Source of the DNA: an uncultured Bacteroidales bacterium
GTDB taxonomy: Bacteria; Bacteroidota; Bacteroidia; Bacteroidales; VadinHA17
Direction of reading: 5' to 3'
Assembly: GCA_963780735.1 (NCBI GenBank)
Contig: CAWADB010000001.1
Span: 53,205-117,204, forward strand
DNA length: 64,000 nucleotides
Shown here: positions 38,136 to 46,964 of the stretch, one piece after another
Layout: each line of letters opens with the position of its first letter
Numbering within the stretch: the stretch's first letter is position 1
Made by a program: the position numbers and the translations under genes
The notes under the pieces: generated by a model
Databases searched by the model: none
The model's input: only the letters and a program-made list of their open reading frames with translations
Told to the model about the DNA's origin: nothing

Positions 38136-39553
38136 TTGCCGAGCCCTGAATGGTTAACTGTCACTGTCACTCCCGGCATTGCCGAAAGCATTGATGCAAC
38201 CCTTGTGGCGCACCATACTGACCGATGCTGTCCGCCGACGCATCCGAAGGCTGCATTTATTTCAAGGATGCCTTTTCTTCTCATCATGGGCAGCGTATTG
38301 CGGATGATGTTGGAGCAATCTCCGACGAATGCGACAGCCTCGTCATCATTACCGAAGAACTCGAGCTACTTCCGGGTCAAGCCCGGTCAGTTCTCTCAGA
38401 TCAGACTCAAGAACCGGATTGCGCAGTCCGCGACAGTCAAATACAAAGCCACTGCCTGTATCATAACTAAGCGTTCTCCCTTTGACATAGGAGAAGCTCT
38501 CAATATTTATTTTCACCAACTCCTTGTAATGAGAGAGGATACGGTATTTTCTCTGCAGCGGAACTGCTTCGGAGGCTTTTTTCAGTTCCGGAAGATCAAT
38601 CTGAACCTGATCTCCGGCCAGCAGTTCATTCATCAGTTCAACGGCAGGGACAATGCTCTCGGTGAATGTCGGTTTATTCTCATGAAGGCCCCTGAAGCCA
38701 AAGGCGCCGAGCGCCTGCATTAGTCTTATCAGTGTAAAGGCAACGGAATATTTTGAAAGTGATTCCCTGGGCTTACCGGTTGCAGCAGCAAAGAGATCAA
38801 GGTGGCGCTCAAGTGTCTTATTCCTGATACCGGCGGGTATATATGCCTTGGCGTCATAGACAAGGGAGGCAATATCATACTGTGGCGCTCCGAGCCTGCC
38901 TCCCTGGTAGTCAATATACCATGGCTTGCCATCCCTGATCATTATATTGGCTGTCTGGAAATCGCGGAAGAGGAAATATTCCTGCCCGGCATCGAGCAGA
39001 AACTGGGTCAGCGCCTCAAAATCGCGCTCAAGCTTGATCTCATTGAATGGTGCGCCAATGAGCTTCAGGAACATATACTTGTAATAGTTCAGGTCCCACA
39101 CCATACTCTGCCTGTCAAAGCTGCGGTGCGGATAACACAAGCGAAAGGTCAAGTCCCCTTGATCCCTTCAGTCTGTATACGTACGAGGTCAGAAGCAACA
39201 GTCAGGAAGAGTGCCTCTGTCTCATGGTTAAACCGTTCTTCATCAGTACGTTGTGCCAGCCATGTAAAAAGATTGAAATCGCCGAGATCTTCAAGGAAAT
39301 AGACTCTTTCTTCAGGAAAATAAACGTAGATCTCAGGTACCGGCAATCCCTTTGACCTGAAATGATTTGAGAAACCAACGAAGGCATCGTTCTCCTCACG
39401 GCTGGGGTTATAGGCTCCGATGACATGTTCATCACCGTACAACATCCTGAAATATACCCTGTCAGAGCCTGACTGAGGCAGTCGTGTTATTATACCGGGC
39501 GCGGTACCTCTCCATTTCAGAAAAGCTTGTTCAACAGTTGTTCTTATGTCCAT
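38132..39553 (-). pseudogene. amgK: AmgK-like anomeric amino-sugar kinase (APH fold) fused to a RapZ-C-terminal-like domain (~472 aa), two frame breaks (one -1, one +1)
   Basis: Fragments 39149..39553, 38349..39152 and an unlisted tail 38132..38360 are collinear. The first junction, ...IQTEGIKG|DLTFRLCYPHRSF, lies in the run 39155-39158 (one base missing). The second, ...GLDPEVAR|FFGNDDEAVAFV..., has an extra base at about 38360. The kinase motif is FLFRDFQTANIMIRDGKPWYIDYQGGRLGAPQYDIASLV. The tail carries FVFDCRGLRNP, LRELTGLDPEV and AFGCVGGQHRSV, which match conserved RapZ/YvcJ C-domain motifs. Confidence 0.65.
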
Positions 39554-39554
39554 C

Positions 39555-40685
39555 TCAGAGCCGGATGATTATCTTCCTGCGGTACAGTATATATCCGAAG
39601 GCCCAGATAATAGTAACCTGTATTATCGCGAACAGGAGGCTGGCAAGCTTCTGGTTTTCAAAGAGCGGACTGCAGATATGAGTGAATATCCAGTTATAAA
39701 GTGTGACCTCGCCTATTTTGATGCTAAGCATGGTCTTTGTCCATATTCCGGCAAGCACGTATGTGAAGAGTGCATTGGTTCCGAAGGTGTTAAAGAAGCC
39801 TGTCCACCCCTTAAGCCCCCATATGTCAACGATCATGAACAACAGGGCCAGTATCATCATGCCGATACCTCCTGCATAAAGAACATATGAGCTGGTCCAG
39901 ATCGGTTTGTTGATCGGGAAATACTGTCCCCATAAGAGCCCTGCTCCTATCAGGGCAGCCCCTGTGATGGCAAGCCAGCCGACGGTTTTCCACGATGTGC
40001 CAAGGCTGCTGATCAGATTGCCGGCCATGAAGCCGAGAAGCACTGTTGCAACAGCAGGGATGGTGCTCAGCAGTCCCTCGGGATCGAACGGAACCCCAAA
40101 TCCCCCATAAAGATGTTTCTCTCCCAGGATTTTAATATCAACCTGGCGGGCGAAGTTTCCTTCAAGCGAGTACGGGTCGCTCCCGCCGAAGAAATACATC
40201 AGGGCCCAGTAGCCAATGAGAATGACTAATGTGGCTATCCAGATGTAATTGCGTTTAACCATCAGCACTACTACTGCTCCCAGACCCCAGGCCAGGGCAA
40301 TTCTCTGAAGCACTCCCATTATTCGCAATGTGTCATAATCACGGGCAAAACGGGGGAAGATGTTGAGAAAAAGCCCGACGAGAAATATCAGGGCCACCCT
40401 TCTCAGGATGCGGAACAGGGCGGGACCTGAAAACTCAAAATTGTATTTGCGCAGTGAATACCACATTGCCACTCCGGAAATAAACAGAAAGGAGGGGAAG
40501 ACCAGGTCTGTCGGAGTGCAGCCATGCCACGGGGCATGCCTGAGAGGAGCAAATACGTGACTCCAGGTGCCCGGAGTATTTACAATTATCATGAAGGCAA
40601 CCGTCATGCCCCTGAATACGTCTAACGACATCAACCTGCCTGATGTGCTCTTGCCGCTGTTTGCGGATGTCTTTGAAACTGCCAT
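39555..40685 (-). CDS. Membrane acyltransferase, DUF5009/DUF1624 (heparan-alpha-glucosaminide N-acetyltransferase-like)
   Basis: 376 aa and polytopic. The N-terminus RLMSLDVFRGMTVAFMIIVNTPG.W......L.HA.WHG.T..DLVFP.FLF..G is the HGSNAT-like signature. The gene ends 1 nt before the kinase start. Confidence 0.7.
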   Translation of the reverse strand: MAVSKTSANSGKSTSGRLMSLDVFRGMTVAFMIIVNTPGTWSHVFAPLRHAPWHGCTPTDLVFPSFLFISGVAMWYSLRKYNFEFSGPALFRILRRVALIFLVGLFLNIFPRFARDYDTLRIMGVLQRIALAWGLGAVVVLMVKRNYIWIATLVILIGYWALMYFFGGSDPYSLEGNFARQVDIKILGEKHLYGGFGVPFDPEGLLSTIPAVATVLLGFMAGNLISSLGTSWKTVGWLAITGAALIGAGLLWGQYFPINKPIWTSSYVLYAGGIGMMILALLFMIVDIWGLKGWTGFFNTFGTNALFTYVLAGIWTKTMLSIKIGEVTLYNWIFTHICSPLFENQKLASLLFAIIQVTIIWAFGYILYRRKIIIRL

Positions 40686-40791
40686 AGTTAGTTTTTTGGT
40701 TACGTAAAAATAGCAAATTGGCAGTAATCATAATGGAAAATAATGACAAAGAAAAATGCTATTTTTGATCGATGTCAAAATCCCTTAACCA

Positions 40792-43748
40792 ATGAAAAAG
40801 ATCTTACCTGTCACTGCTGTTGCCGCTGATCATGTTCTCTATGCCCCTGCAAAAGGTTAATGCCATTGAGGATCCTGTACCCTGGTTGCGGTATCTTGAA
40901 GACAGAAGGGTTGACAGCATAATCAACACGATGACTGTGAGGGAAATGATTGCCCAGCTTATCTGGGTGCCTGCCTGGGCTGGTGAACCGGGAGATAATT
41001 TCAGACAGGTGGAGGAGCTGGTTGTAAAATATGGCATCGGCGGGGTGATCTTTTTCGAGGGTAACACTGCAGCACAGGTCGATTTTACGAGACGTCTCGA
41101 TTCCATCACGGGAATACCACTTATAATTGCCCAGGATGCAGAGTGGGGAACAGGAATGCGATTGGCGGATGTAGAAGATTTTCCTTACCAGATGACCCTT
41201 GGGGCCCTTCAGGATGACTCACTCATTTACAGGATGGGAGCAGCAATTGCATGGCAGTGCCGTGCGATAGGCGTCAACCTTAACCTGGCACCCGTGGCTG
41301 ACGTCAATAACAATCCGCTTAACCCGGTAATAAATTACCGTTCATTCGGCGAGGATCCCCAAAAAGTCGCTGAAAAGGCCGTAATGTATATGAAAGGAAT
41401 GCAGGACAACGGAGTCATGGCCTGTGCAAAGCATTTTCCGGGTCACGGTGACACTGATGTCAATTCACACACTGGTCTGCCAGTCATTAAAGGCGACCGC
41501 CAGCGGTTTAACACGGTAGAGCTTATACCATTCAGGCGCCTTTCCGATGAAGGAGTAAGTTGCGTAATGAGCGCTCATATAAATGTACCGGCATTGGATG
41601 CCACACCGCGCCTGCCATCTACCTTCTCACGAAAGGTGATTACAGGGTTGCTTAAAGGAGAAATCGGTTACAAGGGTCTGGTGCTCACCGATGCGATGAA
41701 TATGGCCGGAGCTACAATGACCTATCCGTCAGGCATAGCTGATGCCGAAGCCCTCGTAGCCGGAAATGATGTGATCGAATACTCTACTGATCCTTTAAAG
41801 GCTATAGCTGAAATTGCCCTCAGGGTGGAAAGACTCGAAATAGGTGTCGATGAGATTAGATCAAGGTGTGAAAAAGTGCTGGCGGCAAAACTGTGGCTTT
41901 CGGACATGAACCGCACTGGCCAGGCCTCTTACCCCGGGACACTTCAGATCCCTGCGTCTGCCCATCCGGCACTGATAAGGGATCTTTATGCAGGTGCAAT
42001 GACGGTGATTGAAAACAATGATAACCTGATACCTATAGGACGGCTTGATAAAGTAAGAATAGCTACTGTGGCAGTCAACAGATTGGCTATGACTGAATTC
42101 CAGCTGATGACAGACAGGTATACTAATGCTGATCACTTTTATATTGACCCGGAGAACCAACAGGCTGCGGAGTATGTCTATTCACAGCTTAAGGATTATG
42201 ATATCGTCATTGCCGGGATCTGCGGACTTACACAAAAACCCTCTTCTTCCTACGGTGTGACCGTGCCGCTGCGCCTGGTCGTAAACAGATTGGCGGAGCT
42301 TGAAAGGTCAGTGATCCTGTGGTTTGGCAATCCATACGGAGTAGCAAATCTGGAACTTAAAACCAGGCCATCAGCAATGCTCATAGCCTATCAGGACAAC
42401 AAGTATACCCACCAGGCATCCGTACAGGTAATTTTTGGCGCCCTTGGAGCATCAGGCAGGCTTCCTGTGACGATTAATACCGGTTATCACCAGGGATATG
42501 GCATCAAGACCCCGGGCAGTCTAAGGCTTCAGTACGGGTTTCCCGAAAATGCAGGTTTGAACTCAGTAACGCTCAACAGTAAAGTGGATTCCATTGTAAA
42601 ATCAGGATTGGATTCTCTTGCTTACCCGGGCTGCCAGGTGCTGATCGCCCGGAAAGGTATTGTTGTTCTTAATAAATGTTACGGGTTCCACCTTTACGAC
42701 AGCACTGAAGCTGTCAGTGAAAATGACCTGTGGGACCTTGCCTCTGTGACCAAAGTGTCAGCCGGCACTCCGTCACTGATGCTTCTCAACGATCGCGGGC
42801 TTTTCGATCCGGATAAAACACTTGGATATTACCTTCCCTGGTACAGGTTCTCTGATAAAGGTGACATGGTTATGCGCGATATACTCGCTCATCAGGCGGG
42901 ACTAAGATCATTTATCCCGTTCTGGAAGAGCACTTTAAAAGAGGACAGCACCTTCAAAAGCGGCATATTCAGCGACTACCATAACAGAAAATTTGCCCTT
43001 CCTGTATCAGATTCCATGTATATGAACAGGCATTATCTGAAGGAGATGTTCAAAGAGATACGCGACAGTGAAACGGGATCAAAAAAGTATGTTTATTCTG
43101 ACCTTGCATTCATTCTTTCTGCAGAAATAATTGAGAGTCTGACAGACTCAACCATTGACAAGTTTGCCACTCAGAATATTTACCGTCCGTATAGGTGCTT
43201 TCAATATCACGTACAATCCGCTGGAGAAGTATCCGAAAGAGCGTATTGTGCCAACGGAATATGACTCACTTTTCAGAAAACAGCTTATGAGGGGTACGGT
43301 GCACGATGAAGGCGCTGCCATGCTTGGAGGTGTCTCGGGCCATGCCGGGCTCTTTGCCACGGGAAATGACCTGATGAAACTTTTTGAGATGTATCGCAGA
43401 GGCGGTGAATACGGAGGTGTAAGAATACTGAGCCGTGAGGTGCTGAATGAATATACCAGGGTTCAGTTTCCGGAGAATGATAACAAACGTGGACTGGGTT
43501 TTGACAAGCCTTTGTTGCCCAATGATTCCATACCGCCTGAGGATATCTATCCGTGCCCGTCTGCGTCTCCGTCGAGCTTTGGGCATTCAGGCTTTACCGG
43601 GACGTTCGTATGGGTTGATCCTGAGGCGGAACTCACCTTTGTGTTCCTCAGTAACAGGGTTTATCCGACCCGTAACAACAGCAAGCTTTATGATTTGTCT
43701 ATCCGCAACAGTATTATGCAGGCAGCGTACGACGCAATTATTCAGTGA
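40792..43748 (+). pseudogene. Secreted GH3 beta-N-acetylhexosaminidase (NagZ-like) fused to a serine hydrolase (class C beta-lactamase/PBP4*-like) domain, two +1 frame breaks
   Basis: ORFs 40820..43264 and 43155..43748 join at about 43190: ...FATQNIYRP|IGAFNITYNPLEKYPKERIVPTE... GH3 motifs are ...NLAPVADVN, KHFPGHGDTDVNSH and LTDAMNM. The hydrolase domain has the SxxK motif LASVTKV and the late motif GHSGFTG. The ATG at 40792 is out of frame. Removing one A from the run 40795-40799 gives the signal peptide MKRSYLSLLLPLIMFSMPLQKVNA. Confidence 0.8.
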
Positions 43749-43784
43749 CCTGCAGGCAGCAAGCCAAAATCTCAAACCGTAAAT

Positions 43785-43812
43785 AAAAAAAGCTGCCTTT
43801 GCAGCTTTTTTT
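43785..43812. terminator. Bidirectional intrinsic terminator
   Basis: aaaaaaagctgc-cttt-gcagcttttttt is a perfect stem flanked by A7 and T7. It closes the + strand GH3 fusion gene and the - strand tRNA pair. Confidence 0.8.
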
Positions 43813-43813
43813 G

Positions 43814-43897
43814 TGCCCAGAACAAGACTCGAACTTGCACACCGTAACCGGCACCAGCCCCTCAAGCTGGCGTGTCTACCAATTTCACCATCTGGGC
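43814..43897 (-). tRNA. tRNA-Leu (anticodon GAG)
   Basis: The reverse complement is GCCCAGATGGTGAAATTGGTAGACACGCCAGCTTGAGGGGCTGGTGCCGGTTACGGTGTGCAAGTTCGAGTCTTGTTCTGGGCA. It folds with a 7-bp acceptor stem, the anticodon stem CCAGC/GCTGG and the loop TTGAGGG. A long variable arm (class II) and a GTTCGAGTC T-loop are present. CCA is not encoded. Confidence 0.9.
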
Positions 43898-43903
43898 GAT
43901 CTG

Positions 43904-43982
43904 GCTCAGGGCTCAGGGCATAGGGCTCGGAGCTATAGATTTCTTTCGCTCTGTGCTCTGTGCTCTTTGCTCTTTGCTATTG
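43904..43982. repeat. Two opposed arrays of GC-initiated heptamers forming a long imperfect inverted repeat in the tRNA-Leu spacer
   Basis: Arm 1 is GCTCAGG GCTCAGG GCATAGG GCTCGGA GC (43904-43933). The loop is tatagatttctttc. Arm 2 is GCTCTGT GCTCTGT GCTCTTT GCTCTTT GCTATTG (43948-43982). All of this is read directly from the sequence. Confidence 0.8.
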
Positions 43983-43986
43983 GTTG

Positions 43987-44070
43987 TGCCCAGAACAGGA
44001 CTCGAACCTGCACATCATTGCTGACACTAGTCCCTGAAACTAGCGCGTCTACCAATTTCGCCATCTGGGC
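43987..44070 (-). tRNA. tRNA-Leu (anticodon CAG)
   Basis: The reverse complement is GCCCAGATGGCGAAATTGGTAGACGCGCTAGTTTCAGGGACTAGTGTCAGCAATGATGTGCAGGTTCGAGTCCTGTTCTGGGCA. The anticodon stem is CTAGT/ACTAG and the loop is TTCAGGG. It has a class II variable arm. CCA is not encoded. Confidence 0.9.
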
Positions 44071-44078
44071 TTGTTTCA

Positions 44079-44106
44079 AGATAAAAGGTTCTTCTCCCTT
44101 TTATCT
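44079..44106 (-). other. Perfect 10-bp hairpin in the 5' leader of the tRNA-Leu pair
   Basis: agataaaagg / ccttttatct with an 8-nt loop. It lies between the candidate promoter box (44120-44127) and the tRNA 5' end (44070). No U-tract follows on either strand. Confidence 0.5.
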
Positions 44107-44119
44107 TAAACAGCGGGTG

Positions 44120-44127
44120 CAAAAATA
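44120..44127 (-). promoter_or_regulatory. -7 promoter box (TATTTTTG) for the tRNA-Leu pair
   Basis: The reverse complement of caaaaata matches TAnnTTTG exactly. It lies about 50 nt upstream of the first tRNA. Confidence 0.4.
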
Positions 44128-44200
44128 AAGATTTTTTTTTAACAATTGCCGTCTTTGGAGAAAAGAGAGAAAATATTTAATCATGCATACCGCTTTTATT

Positions 44201-44208
44201 TATATTTG
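44201..44208 (+). promoter_or_regulatory. -7 promoter box (TATATTTG) for lysC-lysA
   Basis: Exact TAnnTTTG match 47 nt upstream of the lysC ATG. Confidence 0.4.
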
Positions 44209-44255
44209 AACCCGGCGAGCAAGGATATGCCGCATAATGATGACCTTCACAAAAG

Positions 44256-45575
44256 ATGAAAATATATAAGTTCGGGGGTACCTCAGTCGGAACAGCGGAA
44301 CGTTTCAGGGCACTGATTCCACTTATAAACGACGAGACACAAAAGATAGTCGTACTGTCTGCCATGGCTGGCACCACTAATGCGCTTGCAGAGATGTCAA
44401 CCCTTTTTTCCGACGGGAAAAAGGATGAAGCAAAGATCAGGTGTGAAGCCCTTCGGAAACAATATCATGCAGTGGCCGATGCTCTTTTCTCGTCAGCAAC
44501 ATGGTCTTTAAAGGCACATGATCTTACTGATGAACATTTCTTATATATCGAAAGTCTTTTTTCAAGGGAATACAGCAGGCACAATGAGAAGCGCATATTG
44601 GCGCGTGGTGAGCTGCTTTCAACGGCTTTCCTTCACTTTCTCCTCTCCGAGACAGGCATTCCGTCAGTGCTTGTGCCGGCACTGAACTATATGCGTATTG
44701 ACAAGGACGGTGAGCCTGACTATTTCTATATCCGGGAGAACCTTAACCGGGAGCTGGCAGCAGTAAATGATGAAAACATAATCATTACACAGGGATTCAT
44801 CTGCAGGAACGTATTCGGGGAGACCGATAACCTGCGCAGGGGCGGAAGCGATTACAGCGCCACCATTATCGGGGCTGCGCTTGGAGCCGAAGAGGTACAG
44901 ATATGGACCGACATAAGCGGCTTTCATAACAATGATCCCAGGTATGTTGAAAATACCCGCGTCATAAGGAACCTTTCATTTGATGAGGCAGCCGAGCTTG
45001 CATACTTCGGAGCCAAGATACTTCACCCCTCGAGCGTCAATCCGGCGAGGATGAAAAATATTCCCGTCAGGCTGAAAAATACAATGGAGCCCGGCGATGA
45101 AGGTACACTTGTGAGCTCGGCTTCAATACCGGAAGACTATAAGGCGGTGGCGGCAAAGGACGGGATCACGGTGCTGAGGATCCGATCTGACCGCATGCTC
45201 ATGGCATACGGCTTCATGAGGAGGATCTTTGAGGTCTTTGAAGCCTACAAAACGCCCATCGACATGATTACCACCTCGGAGGTATCACTATCCCTGACAA
45301 TTGATGATCAAACCTGCCTGGACGATATTGTGAAGTCGCTGGGTTCAATAGGCATTGTTGAGGTTGAGAGTGAACAGACAATAATATGTGTTGTTGGCGA
45401 TTTCCGTCCCGGCAGGGTCGGTTCGGCACCTGAAATCTTCGAGGCACTGAATGAAATTCCTGTAAAGATGATCTCCTACGGAGGAAGCGAAAACAGTGTG
45501 TCAATACTCATAAATACAAGCGACAAGACCGTGGCGCTCCGGTCCCTGAGTTCAAAACTATTTCCTGAAGCATGA
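44256..45575 (+). CDS. lysC: Aspartate kinase
   Basis: 439 aa starting MKIYKFGGTSVGTAERF, then ...VVLSAMAGTTNAL, ...RGGSDYSA and ...AELAYFGAKILHP. Two ACT-like regions form the C-terminus. Confidence 0.9.
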   Translation: MKIYKFGGTSVGTAERFRALIPLINDETQKIVVLSAMAGTTNALAEMSTLFSDGKKDEAKIRCEALRKQYHAVADALFSSATWSLKAHDLTDEHFLYIESLFSREYSRHNEKRILARGELLSTAFLHFLLSETGIPSVLVPALNYMRIDKDGEPDYFYIRENLNRELAAVNDENIIITQGFICRNVFGETDNLRRGGSDYSATIIGAALGAEEVQIWTDISGFHNNDPRYVENTRVIRNLSFDEAAELAYFGAKILHPSSVNPARMKNIPVRLKNTMEPGDEGTLVSSASIPEDYKAVAAKDGITVLRIRSDRMLMAYGFMRRIFEVFEAYKTPIDMITTSEVSLSLTIDDQTCLDDIVKSLGSIGIVEVESEQTIICVVGDFRPGRVGSAPEIFEALNEIPVKMISYGGSENSVSILINTSDKTVALRSLSSKLFPEA

Positions 45576-46723
45576 TATTTACAGAAGAAATTATCGGGCG
45601 GCTGAAGGCTCGCGGTACACCATTTTATTACTATGACACGGATGTGTTGAATGGGACTCTCGCCGTTGCCTCGAAGGAAGCAACCGAAAGAGGATTTAAG
45701 GTACATTATGCCGTGAAAGCAAACTTCAACCCTGTGATCATGAAGACCATTGCCGGGTTCGGTTTCGGGGCCGACTGTGTGAGCGGAAATGAAATTGAGC
45801 ATGCTGTAAGCTGTGGCTTTCCGGCTGCCGAAACCGTTTTTGCTGGAGTTGGCAAGAGCGATCATGAGATAGAGACCGCGCTCAGGCTCGGAATAAAGTG
45901 CTTCAACTGTGAGTCTACGGAAGAGCTGGAGGTCATAAACGGAATTGCCGGCCGGATGGGCAAAATTGCCAGAGTGGCCCTGCGCATCAATCCAAATATA
46001 GAAGCCCATACAATAAGGGATATCACCACCGGGACTGATGAGAATAAATTCGGAATAAGGATTATTGAGCTTGATAAGGTAGTATCCCTCCTGCCGGATT
46101 TAAAGAATGTTTCTTTCAGCGGCATTCATTTTCACATCGGGTCACAGATCACCGATCTTCATGTTTACAGGAATCTCTGTTCAAGGGTGAACGAGCTGTA
46201 TGACTGGTTTACTGACAGGGGACTTGAACCGGCTGATATTAATGTGGGCGGAGGACTGGGAATAAACTATTCCGAGCCTGATCAGATGCCTGCGTTTGCC
46301 GATTACTTCAATGTCTTCTGCGATCATCTCGATAAAAAGATTCGAAGCACCGTCTCTTTTGAGTTGGGACGATCGCTGACAGCCGGATGCGGCTCACTTA
46401 TCACCAGGGTCTTATTTGTCAAGGAAGGTGCAGCCGAGACGTTCGTGATCCTTGATGCAGGTATGACTGATCTGCTGAGGCCAGCATTGTACCATGCATA
46501 TCATCGCATAGATAATCTGACCTCGGAACTCGCGGAGAAGAAATATACGGTTGCCGGCCCCGTCTGCGAGACCACGGATACCTTCGGTAAGTTTATTGAG
46601 CTCCCGGAGACAAGGCGCGGTGACCTTATTGCAATATGCTCTGCCGGAGCCTACGGCGAGGTTATGGCTTCAAGATACAACATGCGGGCACTGCCGCCAT
46701 CGGTATTTTCAGATAAGCTGTAA
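45572..46723 (+). CDS. lysA: Diaminopimelate decarboxylase
   Basis: 383 aa with TPFYYYD....., the PLP-lysine motif YAVKAN, then GFGADCVSGNE, HFHIGSQ, GGGLGI and ...AGPVCETTD. It overlaps the lysC stop by 4 nt. Confidence 0.9.
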   Translation: MIFTEEIIGRLKARGTPFYYYDTDVLNGTLAVASKEATERGFKVHYAVKANFNPVIMKTIAGFGFGADCVSGNEIEHAVSCGFPAAETVFAGVGKSDHEIETALRLGIKCFNCESTEELEVINGIAGRMGKIARVALRINPNIEAHTIRDITTGTDENKFGIRIIELDKVVSLLPDLKNVSFSGIHFHIGSQITDLHVYRNLCSRVNELYDWFTDRGLEPADINVGGGLGINYSEPDQMPAFADYFNVFCDHLDKKIRSTVSFELGRSLTAGCGSLITRVLFVKEGAAETFVILDAGMTDLLRPALYHAYHRIDNLTSELAEKKYTVAGPVCETTDTFGKFIELPETRRGDLIAICSAGAYGEVMASRYNMRALPPSVFSDKL

Positions 46724-46731
46724 ATCTGATA

Positions 46732-46947
46732 TTATTTTTTCTTCCTCATTCTGCTCCTTACCGGATCAGAGAAAAAGAGCATCACCAGGCCAAAGATCAA
46801 GGTACAGACGCCTGATATCAGGTTGACATTTACGCCCAGTGAGATTACATAAATGGCATGTTGGCCTATCGTTGCCAGACCGTAAATGGTCAGAATAACG
46901 CCGAATATTGAGAACATCAGTCCTAACGGAAACCTTATATCTATCAT
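46732..46947 (-). CDS. Small two-TM membrane protein downstream of the sodium:solute symporter (hypothetical)
   Basis: 71 aa with two hydrophobic helices and a basic tail (RSRMRKKK). It begins 17 nt after the symporter stop on the same strand. No family can be assigned. Confidence 0.4.
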   Translation of the reverse strand: MIDIRFPLGLMFSIFGVILTIYGLATIGQHAIYVISLGVNVNLISGVCTLIFGLVMLFFSDPVRSRMRKKK

Positions 46948-46964
46948 GATATCAATATTTTAAT

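Noticed and set aside
37731-38723. 330-aa ORF on the + strand spanning murU and the kinase gene
   Set aside because: It is entirely antisense to two genes with clear family motifs. Its translation is low-complexity (Cys/His/Arg-rich) with no recognisable motif. It looks like a typical shadow ORF of a coding region.
43898-43986. CRISPR-like or other spacer-repeat array between the tRNA genes
   Set aside because: The repeat unit is only 7 bp and tandem, with no unique spacers. There are no cas genes anywhere in the window.
44131-44255. Lysine riboswitch (L-box) upstream of lysC
   Set aside because: The leader downstream of the candidate promoter is only about 45 nt. The whole gap is about 125 nt, AT-rich and lacks the multi-helix junction. 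It is too short for an L-box.
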